Assembly (NCBI GenBank): GCA_965218235.1
Contig: OZ244595.1
Span: forward strand, 806,561-870,560
Source: Thermomicrobiales bacterium
GTDB lineage: Bacteria; Chloroflexota; Chloroflexia; Thermomicrobiales; UBA6265
DNA length: 64,000 nt
Reading direction: 5' to 3'
The position numbers and the translations under genes were made by a program. Position 1 is the stretch's first letter; each line of letters starts with the position of its first letter. The notes under the pieces were generated by a model. That model ran no database searches, had not been told where the DNA came from, and saw only the letters and a list, made by a program, of their open reading frames with translations. Of this stretch, positions 33,486 to 43,330 are shown piece by piece.

Positions 33486-35897
33486 TTACGCCGACAACGC
33501 CTGGATCGCGGCCAGGACCTTGGCTGGGGTGTAGGGGGTCTGGCGGAGGCGGGCGCCGGTCGCGTCGAAGATCGCGTTGCTGACGGCCGCCGCGATCGGG
33601 CAGATGGCGGGCTCGCCGGCGCCGAGGGGCGGCTGATCCGGCCGGTCGATCAGCTCGATCTCGATCAGCGGGATGTCGGCGAACCCCATGATCGAGTAGG
33701 TCGACCAGTCCAGGCTCGTGACCGCTGCGGCGTCGAAGGTGACTTCCTCCTTGAGCGCCCGGCCGATCCCCTGGATCACGCAGCCGTCGATCTGGTTCAT
33801 CAGCCCATTCGGATTGATGATCAGCCCGCAGTCATGCCCGACGACGATCCGGTCGACCCGGACCGTCCCGTCGGCCGGGTTGACCGTCACCTCGGCGATC
33901 GTCGCGGCGTAGGCGAACGCGGTCTCGTAGCGGGCGAACGCGATCCCGCGACCGGTCACGGTGCCATCGGCCGCCGGGACGACGCCGGACGATTGCGGAC
34001 CGGACGGTCGGGCCTGCCAGCCCGCCCGGGTCGCGGCCCGCTGGATGACCTCGATCGCTCGGGGGTCGGCCAGGTGCCGGAGCCGGAACTCGACCGCGTC
34101 GGCCCCGGCCAGCGCCGCCAGTTCCTCCATGAAGCTCTCGTTGGCTGTCACATTGGCGACCGCGCCAAGACTCCGGAGCGCCGAGGGACGCAGCGGTGGC
34201 GTCTCGACCCAGTTCACGGTCAGGCGCTGGTTGGGGATGGAGTAGTCGTTCGGCGCGTTGCGGTCGCCGCCGACCTGTCCGAGCGGGGCGGTCTCGACCG
34301 GTGGGTCGATCTGCTGCCCGACGAGCATGTTGCCGGGCTGGCCACCGGGCCGGGTCGAGTGGGTGGGGGTGAAGACAGTGTAGTCCCAGGCGACGATGTT
34401 GCCGTCCGAGTCGAGCCCGCCGCGGATGTCCATCACCATCGCCGGACCCTTGGGCTCCCAGGCGAACTCGCCCTGCCGCGACCACAGGAGCCGGACCGGC
34501 CTCCCGACCGCCTGCGACAGGACCGCCGCGTCGGCACAGACGTCGTCGGCGCCGTTGTGGCCGTAGCAGCCGGCCCCCTCCTTGTAGATCACACGGACCT
34601 GCTCCGGCGCCAGCCCGATGATCGGGCCGATCGCCGCCGGCAGCGCGTAGACGCCCTGGGAGGCCGAGTAGATCGTCGCGTCGTCGGGCCGGACGTCGGC
34701 GATCGAGCAGGACGGTCCCATCGAGGCATGGGCCTGGAACGGGTGCTGGTAGGTTGCCTCCAGCATCCTGGTCGTCCGGGTCGTGAAGGCACCGTCGACG
34801 TCGCCGGTCCGGACGGTCTCGTCGGTCTCGGCCGGCATCTCCCGGATCAGGTCGTAGAGCTGGTTGATGTCGGGCAGCGTCTCGGTCTGCGTCCACGTCA
34901 CCTTGATCGCGTCGGCGTAACGGAGCGCCTGCTCCTCGCGCTCCGTCACGACCCCGACGAAGGAGCCGTTCTGGACGATGGCGATCAGCCCCGGCTGCCC
35001 CTGGACGGCACTGTCGTCGATGCTGGCGACCGTCGAGCCGATCCCGTTTAGGGTGCGGACGTAGGGCCGGATCACCCGGGCGTGGACCATCCCTTCGACG
35101 GTGAGGTCGTGGATGTAGGCCTCGCCGCCGGTCAGCTTGGTCGTGATGTCGATCCGCGGGATGGACTGGCCGACCACCCGGTAGGCGTCGTAGGGCTTGA
35201 CGGGGGCGTCGCCGGTGATGGCCTGGCCGAACGACGCGGTCGCGAGCTGGCCGTAGGTAACGGTCTTCGTCGAATCGAACAGCGCCGTGACGACGCCAGA
35301 CTCGACCTGCAGGTTGTCGACCGGGACCGCGAGCTGCTCGGAGGCGCGGGTCAGCAGCACGAGGCGGGCTTCGGCCGCGGCCTGCTGGAGGACGGGGCCG
35401 GCGACCTGGATGCTCTTGCTGCCGGCCGTCGTGCCCTGGTCGGGCGTCGTCAGGGTGTCGCCGGCGATCAGGGTGGCGGACGCGAAATCGACGTCGAGCT
35501 CCTCGACCACGATCTGGGTGAGCGAGGTCCAGAGCCCGGTCCCGAGCTCGACTTTGCCGCAGTAGATCGTGACCTTGCCCTCGCCGTCGATGCTCAGCCA
35601 GGAGTCGATCGTGTCGCCGGTGACGTCGCGGGTCTGGACGTCCTGGCCGGTCTGGTCGGCCGGCGTCGCGACGATGCCGGGGCCGGTCGTCGGCGTTCCG
35701 GCTGGAGTGCCCGCCGGTGCGACGGTCGGCTCCTGCGCCATCAGGCCGGCCCGGCGGAAGGCCGCGGCGAGACTGAAGCCGATCACGACGCCACCGGAGC
35801 CCTTGAGCAGGGTGCGGCGGCTGACCGGCGAGACGCGGGCTTCGGACTCGAACGGTGCGTCAGGAGAGACGGGGGCCTCGGGAGGTGCTGCGGTCAT
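33486..35897 (-). CDS. IorB-type molybdopterin-binding oxidoreductase large subunit with a TAT signal
   Basis: AAAGGA RBS before ATG 35897. Twin-arginine motif SRRTLLKGSGGVVIGFSLAAAF. Roughly 55-60% identical by eye to the C-terminal part of 25539..28247. Confidence 0.8.
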   Translation of the reverse strand: MTAAPPEAPVSPDAPFESEARVSPVSRRTLLKGSGGVVIGFSLAAAFRRAGLMAQEPTVAPAGTPAGTPTTGPGIVATPADQTGQDVQTRDVTGDTIDSWLSIDGEGKVTIYCGKVELGTGLWTSLTQIVVEELDVDFASATLIAGDTLTTPDQGTTAGSKSIQVAGPVLQQAAAEARLVLLTRASEQLAVPVDNLQVESGVVTALFDSTKTVTYGQLATASFGQAITGDAPVKPYDAYRVVGQSIPRIDITTKLTGGEAYIHDLTVEGMVHARVIRPYVRTLNGIGSTVASIDDSAVQGQPGLIAIVQNGSFVGVVTEREEQALRYADAIKVTWTQTETLPDINQLYDLIREMPAETDETVRTGDVDGAFTTRTTRMLEATYQHPFQAHASMGPSCSIADVRPDDATIYSASQGVYALPAAIGPIIGLAPEQVRVIYKEGAGCYGHNGADDVCADAAVLSQAVGRPVRLLWSRQGEFAWEPKGPAMVMDIRGGLDSDGNIVAWDYTVFTPTHSTRPGGQPGNMLVGQQIDPPVETAPLGQVGGDRNAPNDYSIPNQRLTVNWVETPPLRPSALRSLGAVANVTANESFMEELAALAGADAVEFRLRHLADPRAIEVIQRAATRAGWQARPSGPQSSGVVPAADGTVTGRGIAFARYETAFAYAATIAEVTVNPADGTVRVDRIVVGHDCGLIINPNGLMNQIDGCVIQGIGRALKEEVTFDAAAVTSLDWSTYSIMGFADIPLIEIELIDRPDQPPLGAGEPAICPIAAAVSNAIFDATGARLRQTPYTPAKVLAAIQALSA

Positions 35898-35928
35898 CGG
35901 GTGATCCTTTCCCACGACGTCGGATGAA

Positions 35929-36408
35929 CTACGCGGTGGCGCCGGCGGCCCGCTGGATGGCGCGGACGATCCGGACGTGGGTCCCACAGCGGCAGAGGTT
36001 GCCGGCGAAGGCCGTGTTGATGTCGTCCTGGGTCGGCTCCGGTGTGGATTCGAGCAGTGCGGCGGCGGTCATCATCATGCCGGGGATGCAGTAGCCGCAC
36101 TGGGCGGCCTGCTCGGCGATGAACGCCTGCTGGATCGGGTGGAGCTCGCTGCCGGGCGCGAGCCCTTCGAGGGTCGTGATCTCGGAACCGGCGACGGACT
36201 GGACCTGGGTGACGCAGGAGCGGATCGGCTGTCCATCCTGGTGGACGGTGCAGGCGCCGCACTGGGCCAGGCCGCAGCCGAACTTGGCGGCGTGAAGGCC
36301 GAGCTCGTTGCGGAGCACGTAGAGGAGCGGCGTGTCGGGCGTGGCCTGGACCTCGTGCGGCTGGCCGTTGATCGAGAGGGTGAGGGGCGTGGCCGGGGTG
36401 CTCTGCAT
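35929..36408 (-). CDS. IorA-type (2Fe-2S)-binding small subunit
   Basis: GAAGGAG RBS before ATG 36408. GCGLAQCGACTV...SC and QCGYCIPG...CRCG motifs. It sits 31 nt upstream of the large-subunit start. Confidence 0.85.
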   Translation of the reverse strand: MQSTPATPLTLSINGQPHEVQATPDTPLLYVLRNELGLHAAKFGCGLAQCGACTVHQDGQPIRSCVTQVQSVAGSEITTLEGLAPGSELHPIQQAFIAEQAAQCGYCIPGMMMTAAALLESTPEPTQDDINTAFAGNLCRCGTHVRIVRAIQRAAGATA

Positions 36409-36484
36409 CTGCAGCTCCTTCGTCGATTGTGGTCCACGACGACCACATGGTGTCCCCTGAGGTGGGGACGGCAGGAAGAATCTC

Positions 36485-36513
36485 ATTATCGTAGCCAGTC
36501 GGGCCGTGGTCAA
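36485..36513 (-). promoter_or_regulatory. Sigma-70-like promoter candidate for the split iorA/iorB-like operon (TTGACC-17 nt-GATAAT on the minus strand)
   Basis: -35 is the complement of 36508-36513 and -10 is the complement of 36485-36490. The ~75-nt leader contains two 6-bp-stem hairpins (36430-36447 and 36452-36469). Confidence 0.45.
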
Positions 36514-37008
36514 TGTCTCAGCAGTACCCGGTTTCTCCAAAGACAAACACTTCGGAGAAATGGTGACTAGTCAACGATTGAATATCATGCTCGACGAACC
36601 CAGATGTGAATGTCGTGTCAGCCCTCCCATCACGATGGTTGATCACCACCGGCCGGACACGACGAATCCACCTGGCGAATCACGCAGGATCGTCCCTCGA
36701 TGCAACGAGTCGATCGCCGATGGGTAGGTCCGGTCCTCTCACGCCAGGCTCCGTATACTGCCTGAGACACCGGCGGAGGTGACCCAGGTGGTGTAGGTTG
36801 CTCATGTCGTCCGGCGTGGACCACACCCCGGCCTGGACGGGAACCATCCAGACATCGACAATCGCTGGTCGGTTCATCCCGGCCGGATTTCTTGCTGTCC
36901 GCCGACATCATCAACCGACCGTCACCCACGACAATCATTCGCATCCGCCCTCGCTCGTCATCGGAGCCGATCCTCTCTCGATGGTTCTGAGCGAAGGGAA
37001 CACGACGG

Positions 37009-38283
37009 ATGCACGACACCAACCCGAAAACGCGCCGGGGACGTTTCGACATCGGGCTTGAACCGGCGGTCGCGGCGCTTTTTCGGAGCTGGCTGCTCTG
37101 GAACCTCGGCTTCGCCCTCTACGCCACCGTCTCGACCCTGTACCTGCGGCAGATCGGCGCGAGCTACGACGAGATCGGGCTCGTCCTCGGCGGTGCCGCC
37201 GTCGGCCGAACGATTCTCTCGATCCCGGCCGGAATCCTCGCCGACCGCCAGTCGCCGGCGCTGATCCTCGTCGGCACGATGGCGCTGCCGGTCCTCGGTA
37301 TGGTCGGGCTGCTCGCCAGCACGGTCTGGTGGCAGGCGCTCGGGGCCGTGCTGGTCGTCGAGCTATCCGGACTCGGCGTCCCGGCGCTGTCGAAGCTGCT
37401 GTCGGCCTCGGCGACGGCGGAGACCCAGACCCGCGCCTTCACCTGGCTCTACACCGTCGCCCCGCAGTCGGCGTCCCTGATCGGCCCGGCCGTCAGCGGC
37501 CTGCTGGCGGACGCGAACGGCTTCGACGTGGTCTTCGTCGCGGCCGCGGCCTGCTTCGCCGCGGGCGTGGCCGTGCTCATCCCGCTGGTGCGGGCGAGCA
37601 GGGGCATCACTGGTCCAGCCCCGGAGGCAAGCACGTCAACAACGGTCGCCCCGTCAGGCGCCGACGTTGCGCCCGCTCCAGATGGATCGGCCGCAACGAT
37701 CCGGGAGGCGCTGCACCAGCCCGGGGTCCGGTTCGTCGTGCTGCTCCACGTCCTGGTGCCGCTGCTGCCGTACACCGGACTCATCCTGCTGGCGAATTTC
37801 CTCGTCGACGAGCGCGGGGTATCGGTCGCGACGGTCGGTCTGCTCGGCTCGGTCAGCGCCGGGGCGGCCCTCGTCGTCGGGCTCGTGCTGGGCCGGTGGC
37901 GCCGGCTCGCGAACCCGTTCACCGGGCTGGCGCTCTGCCTTGGCGGCGGCGCGCTGGCGCTCGGGCTGGTCTGGCTGGGCGGCCCGTTCGTCGTGCTGGT
38001 CGTGGCGGTCGTCCTCCGCGGCGCCCTCAGCCCGGTCTTCGCCCTGCTGTCCGTCGCCGTCGCCCAGGTCACCCCGCCGCACCTGCGCGGCCGCGTCTTC
38101 GGCATCGCCGAGACCGGCGCCGGGGTGGGCGACATCGCCGCTCCCGTCCTCGCCGGCGGCCTCTACCAGACCAACCCGGTCCTCCCGCTGGTCGCCGGCC
38201 TGATCACGACCGCCCCGCTGGCGGTCTGGGTGGCGCTGGTCCGCAATCGCTATCGCACCGACGCGGGTAGTCTCCCAGACTGA
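37009..38283 (+). CDS. MFS transporter
   Basis: About 12 hydrophobic helices, the loop motif GILADRQSP, 424 aa, and an AAGGGA RBS. Confidence 0.8.
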   Translation: MHDTNPKTRRGRFDIGLEPAVAALFRSWLLWNLGFALYATVSTLYLRQIGASYDEIGLVLGGAAVGRTILSIPAGILADRQSPALILVGTMALPVLGMVGLLASTVWWQALGAVLVVELSGLGVPALSKLLSASATAETQTRAFTWLYTVAPQSASLIGPAVSGLLADANGFDVVFVAAAACFAAGVAVLIPLVRASRGITGPAPEASTSTTVAPSGADVAPAPDGSAATIREALHQPGVRFVVLLHVLVPLLPYTGLILLANFLVDERGVSVATVGLLGSVSAGAALVVGLVLGRWRRLANPFTGLALCLGGGALALGLVWLGGPFVVLVVAVVLRGALSPVFALLSVAVAQVTPPHLRGRVFGIAETGAGVGDIAAPVLAGGLYQTNPVLPLVAGLITTAPLAVWVALVRNRYRTDAGSLPD

Positions 38284-38391
38284 TGTGACTCTGAGTCCCG
38301 GTCGAGGGGTTGGGTCACAAGGTCGCGTCGCGTGGCTGGTATGGTATATGTAAACCACATGTTTGCAGGTGAACACGAGGGGCAAGCGACG

Positions 38392-38841
38392 ATGCGATGG
38401 TCCAGCCAAACCTTCGAGGCGTACGAGATCGGGACGGTCCGGGCGACCACGGGCCGGACGATCACCGAGGCCGACATCGTCCTTCATGCCGGGCAGACGG
38501 GCGACTTCTACCCCCATCACATGGATGAGGCCTGGTGCCAGACGCAGCCGATCGGGCGCCGGATCGCCCACGGCACCCTGATCCTCAGCGTTGCGGTCGG
38601 GATGACGGCCAGCGACATCAACCCGCTGGCGATCTCCTATGGCTACGATCGCGTCCGGTTCGTTCGTCCGGTCTTCATTGGCGACACCATCCGCGTCCGG
38701 TCCACCATCAGTGGCAAACGCGACCATACCCGCCGGACCGGCGCGGGCATCGTCGCCGAGGCGGTCGAGGTTCTCAACCAGGACGATGAGCTCGTCCTGG
38801 TCTGCGAGCATCTCTATCTGGTCGAGCGCGAGGCTGAATGA
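38392..38841 (+). CDS. MaoC-like (hot-dog fold) dehydratase
   Basis: [24 protein letters not shown]...IAHGTLILS...[16 protein letters not shown] 38392 has a GAGGGG RBS; the track start is 38332. Confidence 0.7.
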   Translation: MRWSSQTFEAYEIGTVRATTGRTITEADIVLHAGQTGDFYPHHMDEAWCQTQPIGRRIAHGTLILSVAVGMTASDINPLAISYGYDRVRFVRPVFIGDTIRVRSTISGKRDHTRRTGAGIVAEAVEVLNQDDELVLVCEHLYLVEREAE

Positions 38842-39941
38842 GCGCCAGCCCGGATCTGGGTCACGAACCGCTGGCATTGGTTCCCAGCGCCGCGATGCGC
38901 CCGCCCATGCCGGAGCGGCCGCGGCCGGTCGTGCTGGTCGGGGCCGGTGGGATCGTCCGTGACGCCCACCTTCCTGCCTACCGCAAGGCCGGGTTCCCGG
39001 TCGTCGCGGTCGTGAACCGCGACCTGGCCCGGGCGCGGCGGCTGGCGAGCGATTTCGCCATCCCGGCAGTCCATGGATCGCTCGACGAGGCGATCGCGGC
39101 GGCGCCACCGGGGACGGTCTTCGATCTGGCCCTGCCGGCGGCGGCCCAGCTCGATGCCCTCGAACGCCTCCCCACAGGGGCGAGCGTGCTGATTCAGAAG
39201 CCGATGGGGGAGAACCTCGAGCAGGCAACCAGGTTCCGGCGGGTCTGCGAGGAGCGTCATCTCAACGCCGCCGTCAATTTCCAGCTCCGATACGCCCCCG
39301 CCGTGCTCGCCGCCCGGAATCTGATCGCGCGGGGAGTGATCGGGGAACTGACCGATCTGGAGATCCGGATCGCGGTCCGGACGCCGTGGCACCTCTGGCC
39401 GTTCCTGCGCGATGTCCCCTTCGCCGAGATCTACTACCACAGTATCCACTACCTCGATCTTTGCCGGTCCTTCCTGGGCGACCCGGCCGGCGTCTGGGCC
39501 AGCACGTTGCCGCACCCGGCCACGCCCGGTTTGGATGGGTCGCGGAGCATGTATATCCTTGACTACGGGGCCCGGGTCCGCGTCACGATCTCCGCCAACC
39601 ACCATCACGGATACGGCGACGGGCACGCCGAGGCGTTCATCCAGTGGTCGGGCACGGCCGGGGCAATTCGCGCTACCCTCGGGGTCCTGATGCGGTACCC
39701 CGAGGGGGCGCCTGACCGGTTCGAGCTCTGCGAGCTGCGCGGTGAGGTCGCCCAATGGCGCGACCTGCCGATCAGGGGAAGCTGGTTCCCGGACGCCTTC
39801 ATCGGGACGATGGCGAGCGTGATGCGCAGCGCCGACGGGCTCGATCTGACGCCCGCCACCGCGCCGGCCGACGCCTGGCAGACGATGCTTCTCGCCGATG
39901 CCGCCGTCCGCTCCAGCCAGTCAGGCGCCACGCGGGTCTGA
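38838..39941 (+). CDS. Gfo/Idh/MocA family oxidoreductase
   Basis: Rossmann N-terminus [18 protein letters not shown]. The start overlaps the upstream stop (ATGA). Confidence 0.7.
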   Translation: MSASPDLGHEPLALVPSAAMRPPMPERPRPVVLVGAGGIVRDAHLPAYRKAGFPVVAVVNRDLARARRLASDFAIPAVHGSLDEAIAAAPPGTVFDLALPAAAQLDALERLPTGASVLIQKPMGENLEQATRFRRVCEERHLNAAVNFQLRYAPAVLAARNLIARGVIGELTDLEIRIAVRTPWHLWPFLRDVPFAEIYYHSIHYLDLCRSFLGDPAGVWASTLPHPATPGLDGSRSMYILDYGARVRVTISANHHHGYGDGHAEAFIQWSGTAGAIRATLGVLMRYPEGAPDRFELCELRGEVAQWRDLPIRGSWFPDAFIGTMASVMRSADGLDLTPATAPADAWQTMLLADAAVRSSQSGATRV

Positions 39942-39968
39942 TGTGGTCCGGGTGACCAGCTGATGACA

Positions 39969-40790
39969 TCAGGGCTCTGGATGGTGGTCGGGAGACGGGT
40001 CCGCGTCCGGGAGGATGCCCGCGGCATGACCGATCCGCGTCGCGCACTGGCGGACCAACGGGAGGGACGAGGCGATGAAGGCATCGTGGTCCCGGGCCAG
40101 AGCCGCCACGGCCAGGGCCGCCCGGGTCTGGGAGCGGGGTGCGCCGATCAGCACGGCGAGGTCGCTGACCCCCTCGGTCTGCTCGCCGCGGACGGCCTCG
40201 TAGCCCTGAGCCCGGATGACGTCGAGTCGGTCATCGAGCCGCTGTTCGCCGGTCCCGGTCCTGGCTGGATGTGGCCGCGCGGTCCCCGGTTCCAGCAGGA
40301 GCTCCGCGCGCTCGTCCGGAGGGAGGCTGGCCAGGAGCAGGCGGCCGGAGGCACTCTCCAGGACCGGGATCGAGCTGCCGACTTCGACCGAGAGCCGCAC
40401 CCGCGTCATGCCTTCCTCCTGGTGGAGCACGATCAGCCGGCCGTGCTGGATCACCCCCAGATGACAGGACTGGCCGAGCGCGATCGCCAGCTCGCGCATC
40501 GACCGCCGCGCCACCCGGATCAGATAGTCATAGGGCGAATGGGTCTGCCCCAGCTCGTAGAGCCGGAGCGTCAGGTCGTAGGCGCCCGAGACCGGATCGC
40601 GCCGGAGATAGCCGCGCCGCTCCAGGACGGTCAGCATCCGGAAGAGCTCGCTCGGCCCGCGCCCGAGGTGCCGCGCGATCTGGGCCTGCGTCTGCGGACG
40701 ACGCTGGCCCGACAGGTACTCCAGGATGTCAAGTCCCTTCTCCAGTGCGGGGACGGCGTAGTTGGGGCTTCGGCCAGAGTCCTGGCTCAT
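39969..40790 (-). CDS. IclR family transcriptional regulator
   Basis: ALEKGLDILEYL...QAQIARHLGRGPSELFRMLTVLERRGYL (wHTH) followed by an IclR effector domain. A GAGGGA RBS favours ATG 40790 over 40808. Confidence 0.8.
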   Translation of the reverse strand: MSQDSGRSPNYAVPALEKGLDILEYLSGQRRPQTQAQIARHLGRGPSELFRMLTVLERRGYLRRDPVSGAYDLTLRLYELGQTHSPYDYLIRVARRSMRELAIALGQSCHLGVIQHGRLIVLHQEEGMTRVRLSVEVGSSIPVLESASGRLLLASLPPDERAELLLEPGTARPHPARTGTGEQRLDDRLDVIRAQGYEAVRGEQTEGVSDLAVLIGAPRSQTRAALAVAALARDHDAFIASSLPLVRQCATRIGHAAGILPDADPSPDHHPEP

Positions 40791-40801
40791 GCTGTTCCCT
40801 C

Positions 40802-40834
40802 TTGACATCGTTCATTGATGAATGCAATATTCAT
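40802..40834 (+). promoter_or_regulatory. Promoter (TTGACA-17 nt-CAATAT) overlapped by AT-rich palindromes (TTCAT-TG-ATGAA; ATGAAT-GCAAT-ATTCAT), a probable IclR operator
   Basis: -35 at 40802-40807 and -10 at 40825-40830. Palindromes at 40811-40822 and 40818-40834. This is the divergent intergenic region between the IclR gene and the 40907 operon. Confidence 0.5.
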
Positions 40835-40906
40835 CCACGAACCACATGCGAATACCGAACCATCTGACTCGACTCCCTCGACCGACGACGATTGAGAAGC
40901 TCGCCG

Positions 40907-42049
40907 ATGCGCCTGACCGGAATAACCTGGAACCATACCCGGGGCTATCTCCCGCTGGTGGCGACTGCCCAGCGATACGAGGAGTTGCACCCCGGTGTCG
41001 GCATCTCCTGGGAGCGACGGTCGCTCCAGGCCTTCGCCGACGCGCCGGTCGACCAGCTGGCCGAGCGGTACGACCTGATCGTGCTGGATCACCCGTGGGC
41101 CGGGTCGCTGGGCCGGAACGGGCAGATCGTACCGCTCGACGAGCATCTGCCGGCGGCGTTCCTTGATGACCAGCGTCGCCACAGCGTCGGTCGGTCCCAT
41201 GAGAGTTATAGCGCCGGCGGCCACCAGTGGGCTCTGGCGATCGACGCCGCCACCCCGGTCGCCTCGTGGCGCCCGGACGTGATGGGGACAGCCGGCGCCA
41301 CGGTTCCGGAGACGTGGGACGACCTGTTGGCGCTCGCCCGGCGAGGGCTCGTCGCGCTCCCGGCCATCCCGCTCGACAGCCTGATGCACCTCTACATGCT
41401 CTGGATCGGTCTGGGCGAGACGCCGTTTACGTCGCCCGATCACGCCGTCCCCGCGGATACCGGCGTCGAGGCGCTGGAGGTGTTGCGCGAACTGGTCTCG
41501 CTCTGCGATCCACGCTGCCTCACGCGCAATCCGATCCAGACGTTCGAGGCGATGACGACGACCGATGATATTGGCTACTGCCCGTTCGCCTACGGCTACG
41601 TTCCCTATGCCCGTCGGGACTTCACCGCACGGCCGCTGCGTTTCGGATCACTCGTCGGCTTCCCCGGCTGTCCCCTGCGGTCGACGCTCGGCGGGACCGG
41701 CCTGGCGATCTCGCGGCGCTGCGCGGACATCCCGCTCGCGCTTGATTATGCCCGCTACGTCGCCGGCGCCGAATGCCAGACACACCTCTACGTGGCGGTC
41801 GGTGGTCAGCCGGGGTACCGGTCGGCCTGGATGGACACCGATGTCAACGCCCGCTGCGGCAGCTTCTTCGCCGCGACGCTGAAGACCGTCGATGACGCCT
41901 TCCTCCGGCCCACCTACAACGGGTACATCGGGTTCCAGGACCGGGCGGGCCCCGTCATTCACGGTTACCTCCACGACGGCGGCGACCCGCGCCCCGTGGT
42001 GGAGGCGGTCGATCGGCTCTATCGGGAAAGCAGGGAACAGGGTGATTGA
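40907..42049 (+). CDS. Solute-binding-protein-like (ABC SBP family 1 fold) protein without a signal peptide
   Basis: Begins directly MRLTGITWNHTRGYLPL with no hydrophobic leader. SBP-like length and composition. The family call is tentative. Confidence 0.55.
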   Translation: MRLTGITWNHTRGYLPLVATAQRYEELHPGVGISWERRSLQAFADAPVDQLAERYDLIVLDHPWAGSLGRNGQIVPLDEHLPAAFLDDQRRHSVGRSHESYSAGGHQWALAIDAATPVASWRPDVMGTAGATVPETWDDLLALARRGLVALPAIPLDSLMHLYMLWIGLGETPFTSPDHAVPADTGVEALEVLRELVSLCDPRCLTRNPIQTFEAMTTTDDIGYCPFAYGYVPYARRDFTARPLRFGSLVGFPGCPLRSTLGGTGLAISRRCADIPLALDYARYVAGAECQTHLYVAVGGQPGYRSAWMDTDVNARCGSFFAATLKTVDDAFLRPTYNGYIGFQDRAGPVIHGYLHDGGDPRPVVEAVDRLYRESREQGD

Positions 42050-43256
42050 GACGGGATCGAACCTCCGCGAGACCGCGACGATCACCGGTCCGGCCGTCCT
42101 CCCCGAGGCGGTCCGGCCGTTGCACGGGCTGGTCGTGCTGGACCTGAGCCAGTTCCTCGCCGGGCCGTCCTGTGCACTGCGCCTGGCCGACCTGGGCGCG
42201 ACGGTCATCAAGGTCGAGCGCCCGCGGACCGGGGAGCTCGGTCGTCAGCTGTACATCTCCAACCTCGAGCTGGACGGCGACAGCACGCTGTTCCATTCGA
42301 TCAACCGGAACAAGCGCAGCTACGCCGCCAATCTCAAGGACCCAGACGATCTTGCCCGGGTCAGAACGCTGATCGCCCAAGCCGATGTGCTGATCCAGAA
42401 CTTCCGACCCGGCGTGATCGAGCGGCTCGGGCTCGACTACGAGACCGTCCGGCTGCTCAACCCCCGGCTGGTCTACGGGTCGATCTCGGGCTACGGACCG
42501 GAGGGACCATGGCGGGACCGGCCGGGGCAGGATCTGCTCGCCCAGTCCCTGTCCGGGCTGGCCTGGCTGAGCGGCGACCGGGACCAGGGCCCGGTGCCGA
42601 TGGGTCTGGCCGTGGCGGACCTGTTCGCCGGTGCGCACCTCACCCAGGGGTTGCTCGCCTGCCTGGTTCGCCGCGGGATCATCGGTCAGGGTGGCCACGT
42701 CGAGGTCAGCCTGCTGGAGTCGGCCCTTGACGTCCAGTTCGAGGTCATCACGACCCATCTCAACGACGGTGGGCGTCTGCCCGGACGGAGCGCGGTCAAC
42801 AACGCCCATGCCTATCTCGGTGCGCCTTACGGCATCTTCCCGACCGCCGACGGCTTTCTGGCGCTGGCCATGAACCCGGTGCCGCGCATTGGGGAGCTGC
42901 TGGGCTGCCCGGAGCTCGCTGTCTACTCCGACCCGGCGACGTGGTTCAGCCACCGGGATGCGATCAAGGCCACGCTCGCCGATCACCTCACCGGTGAGAC
43001 CACCGATCACTGGCTGGCCCTGCTGGACACCGCGGACGTCTGGTGTTCCGACGTCTTCACCTGGGACCAGCTCGTCCGGCACGACGGGTTCCGGGTGCTC
43101 AACATGACCCAGCGCGTGAGACGGACGAATGGCGCGTCGCTGGAGACGCTGCGCTGCCCGATCCGGATCGACGGCGGGATCCTGACCTCGCCGGTCGGCG
43201 CACCGATCGTTGGGGAGCATAACGCCGAGCTCGGCGAGGAGTTCCGGCTGGAGTAG
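42042..43256 (+). CDS. Family III CoA-transferase (CaiB/BaiF type)
   Basis: GLVVLDLSQFLAGPSCALRLADLGATVIKVERP...ADVLIQNFRPG..ERLGL. GTG 42042 overlaps the upstream stop (GTGATTGA). Confidence 0.8.
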   Translation: MIETGSNLRETATITGPAVLPEAVRPLHGLVVLDLSQFLAGPSCALRLADLGATVIKVERPRTGELGRQLYISNLELDGDSTLFHSINRNKRSYAANLKDPDDLARVRTLIAQADVLIQNFRPGVIERLGLDYETVRLLNPRLVYGSISGYGPEGPWRDRPGQDLLAQSLSGLAWLSGDRDQGPVPMGLAVADLFAGAHLTQGLLACLVRRGIIGQGGHVEVSLLESALDVQFEVITTHLNDGGRLPGRSAVNNAHAYLGAPYGIFPTADGFLALAMNPVPRIGELLGCPELAVYSDPATWFSHRDAIKATLADHLTGETTDHWLALLDTADVWCSDVFTWDQLVRHDGFRVLNMTQRVRRTNGASLETLRCPIRIDGGILTSPVGAPIVGEHNAELGEEFRLE

Positions 43257-43330
43257 TCGGGACGGACCAGCGCGACAATCACCGGCCAGCGGCGACGAAG
43301 CCCAATCCGAATGCAGGGAGGACACCTGAG

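Noticed and set aside
36409-36480. Possible Moco (molybdenum cofactor) riboswitch upstream of the iorA-like gene.
   Set aside because: There are only two short 6-bp hairpins in a ~75-nt leader, which is too short for the motif. I cannot match its conserved elements by eye. A covariance-model scan would be needed.
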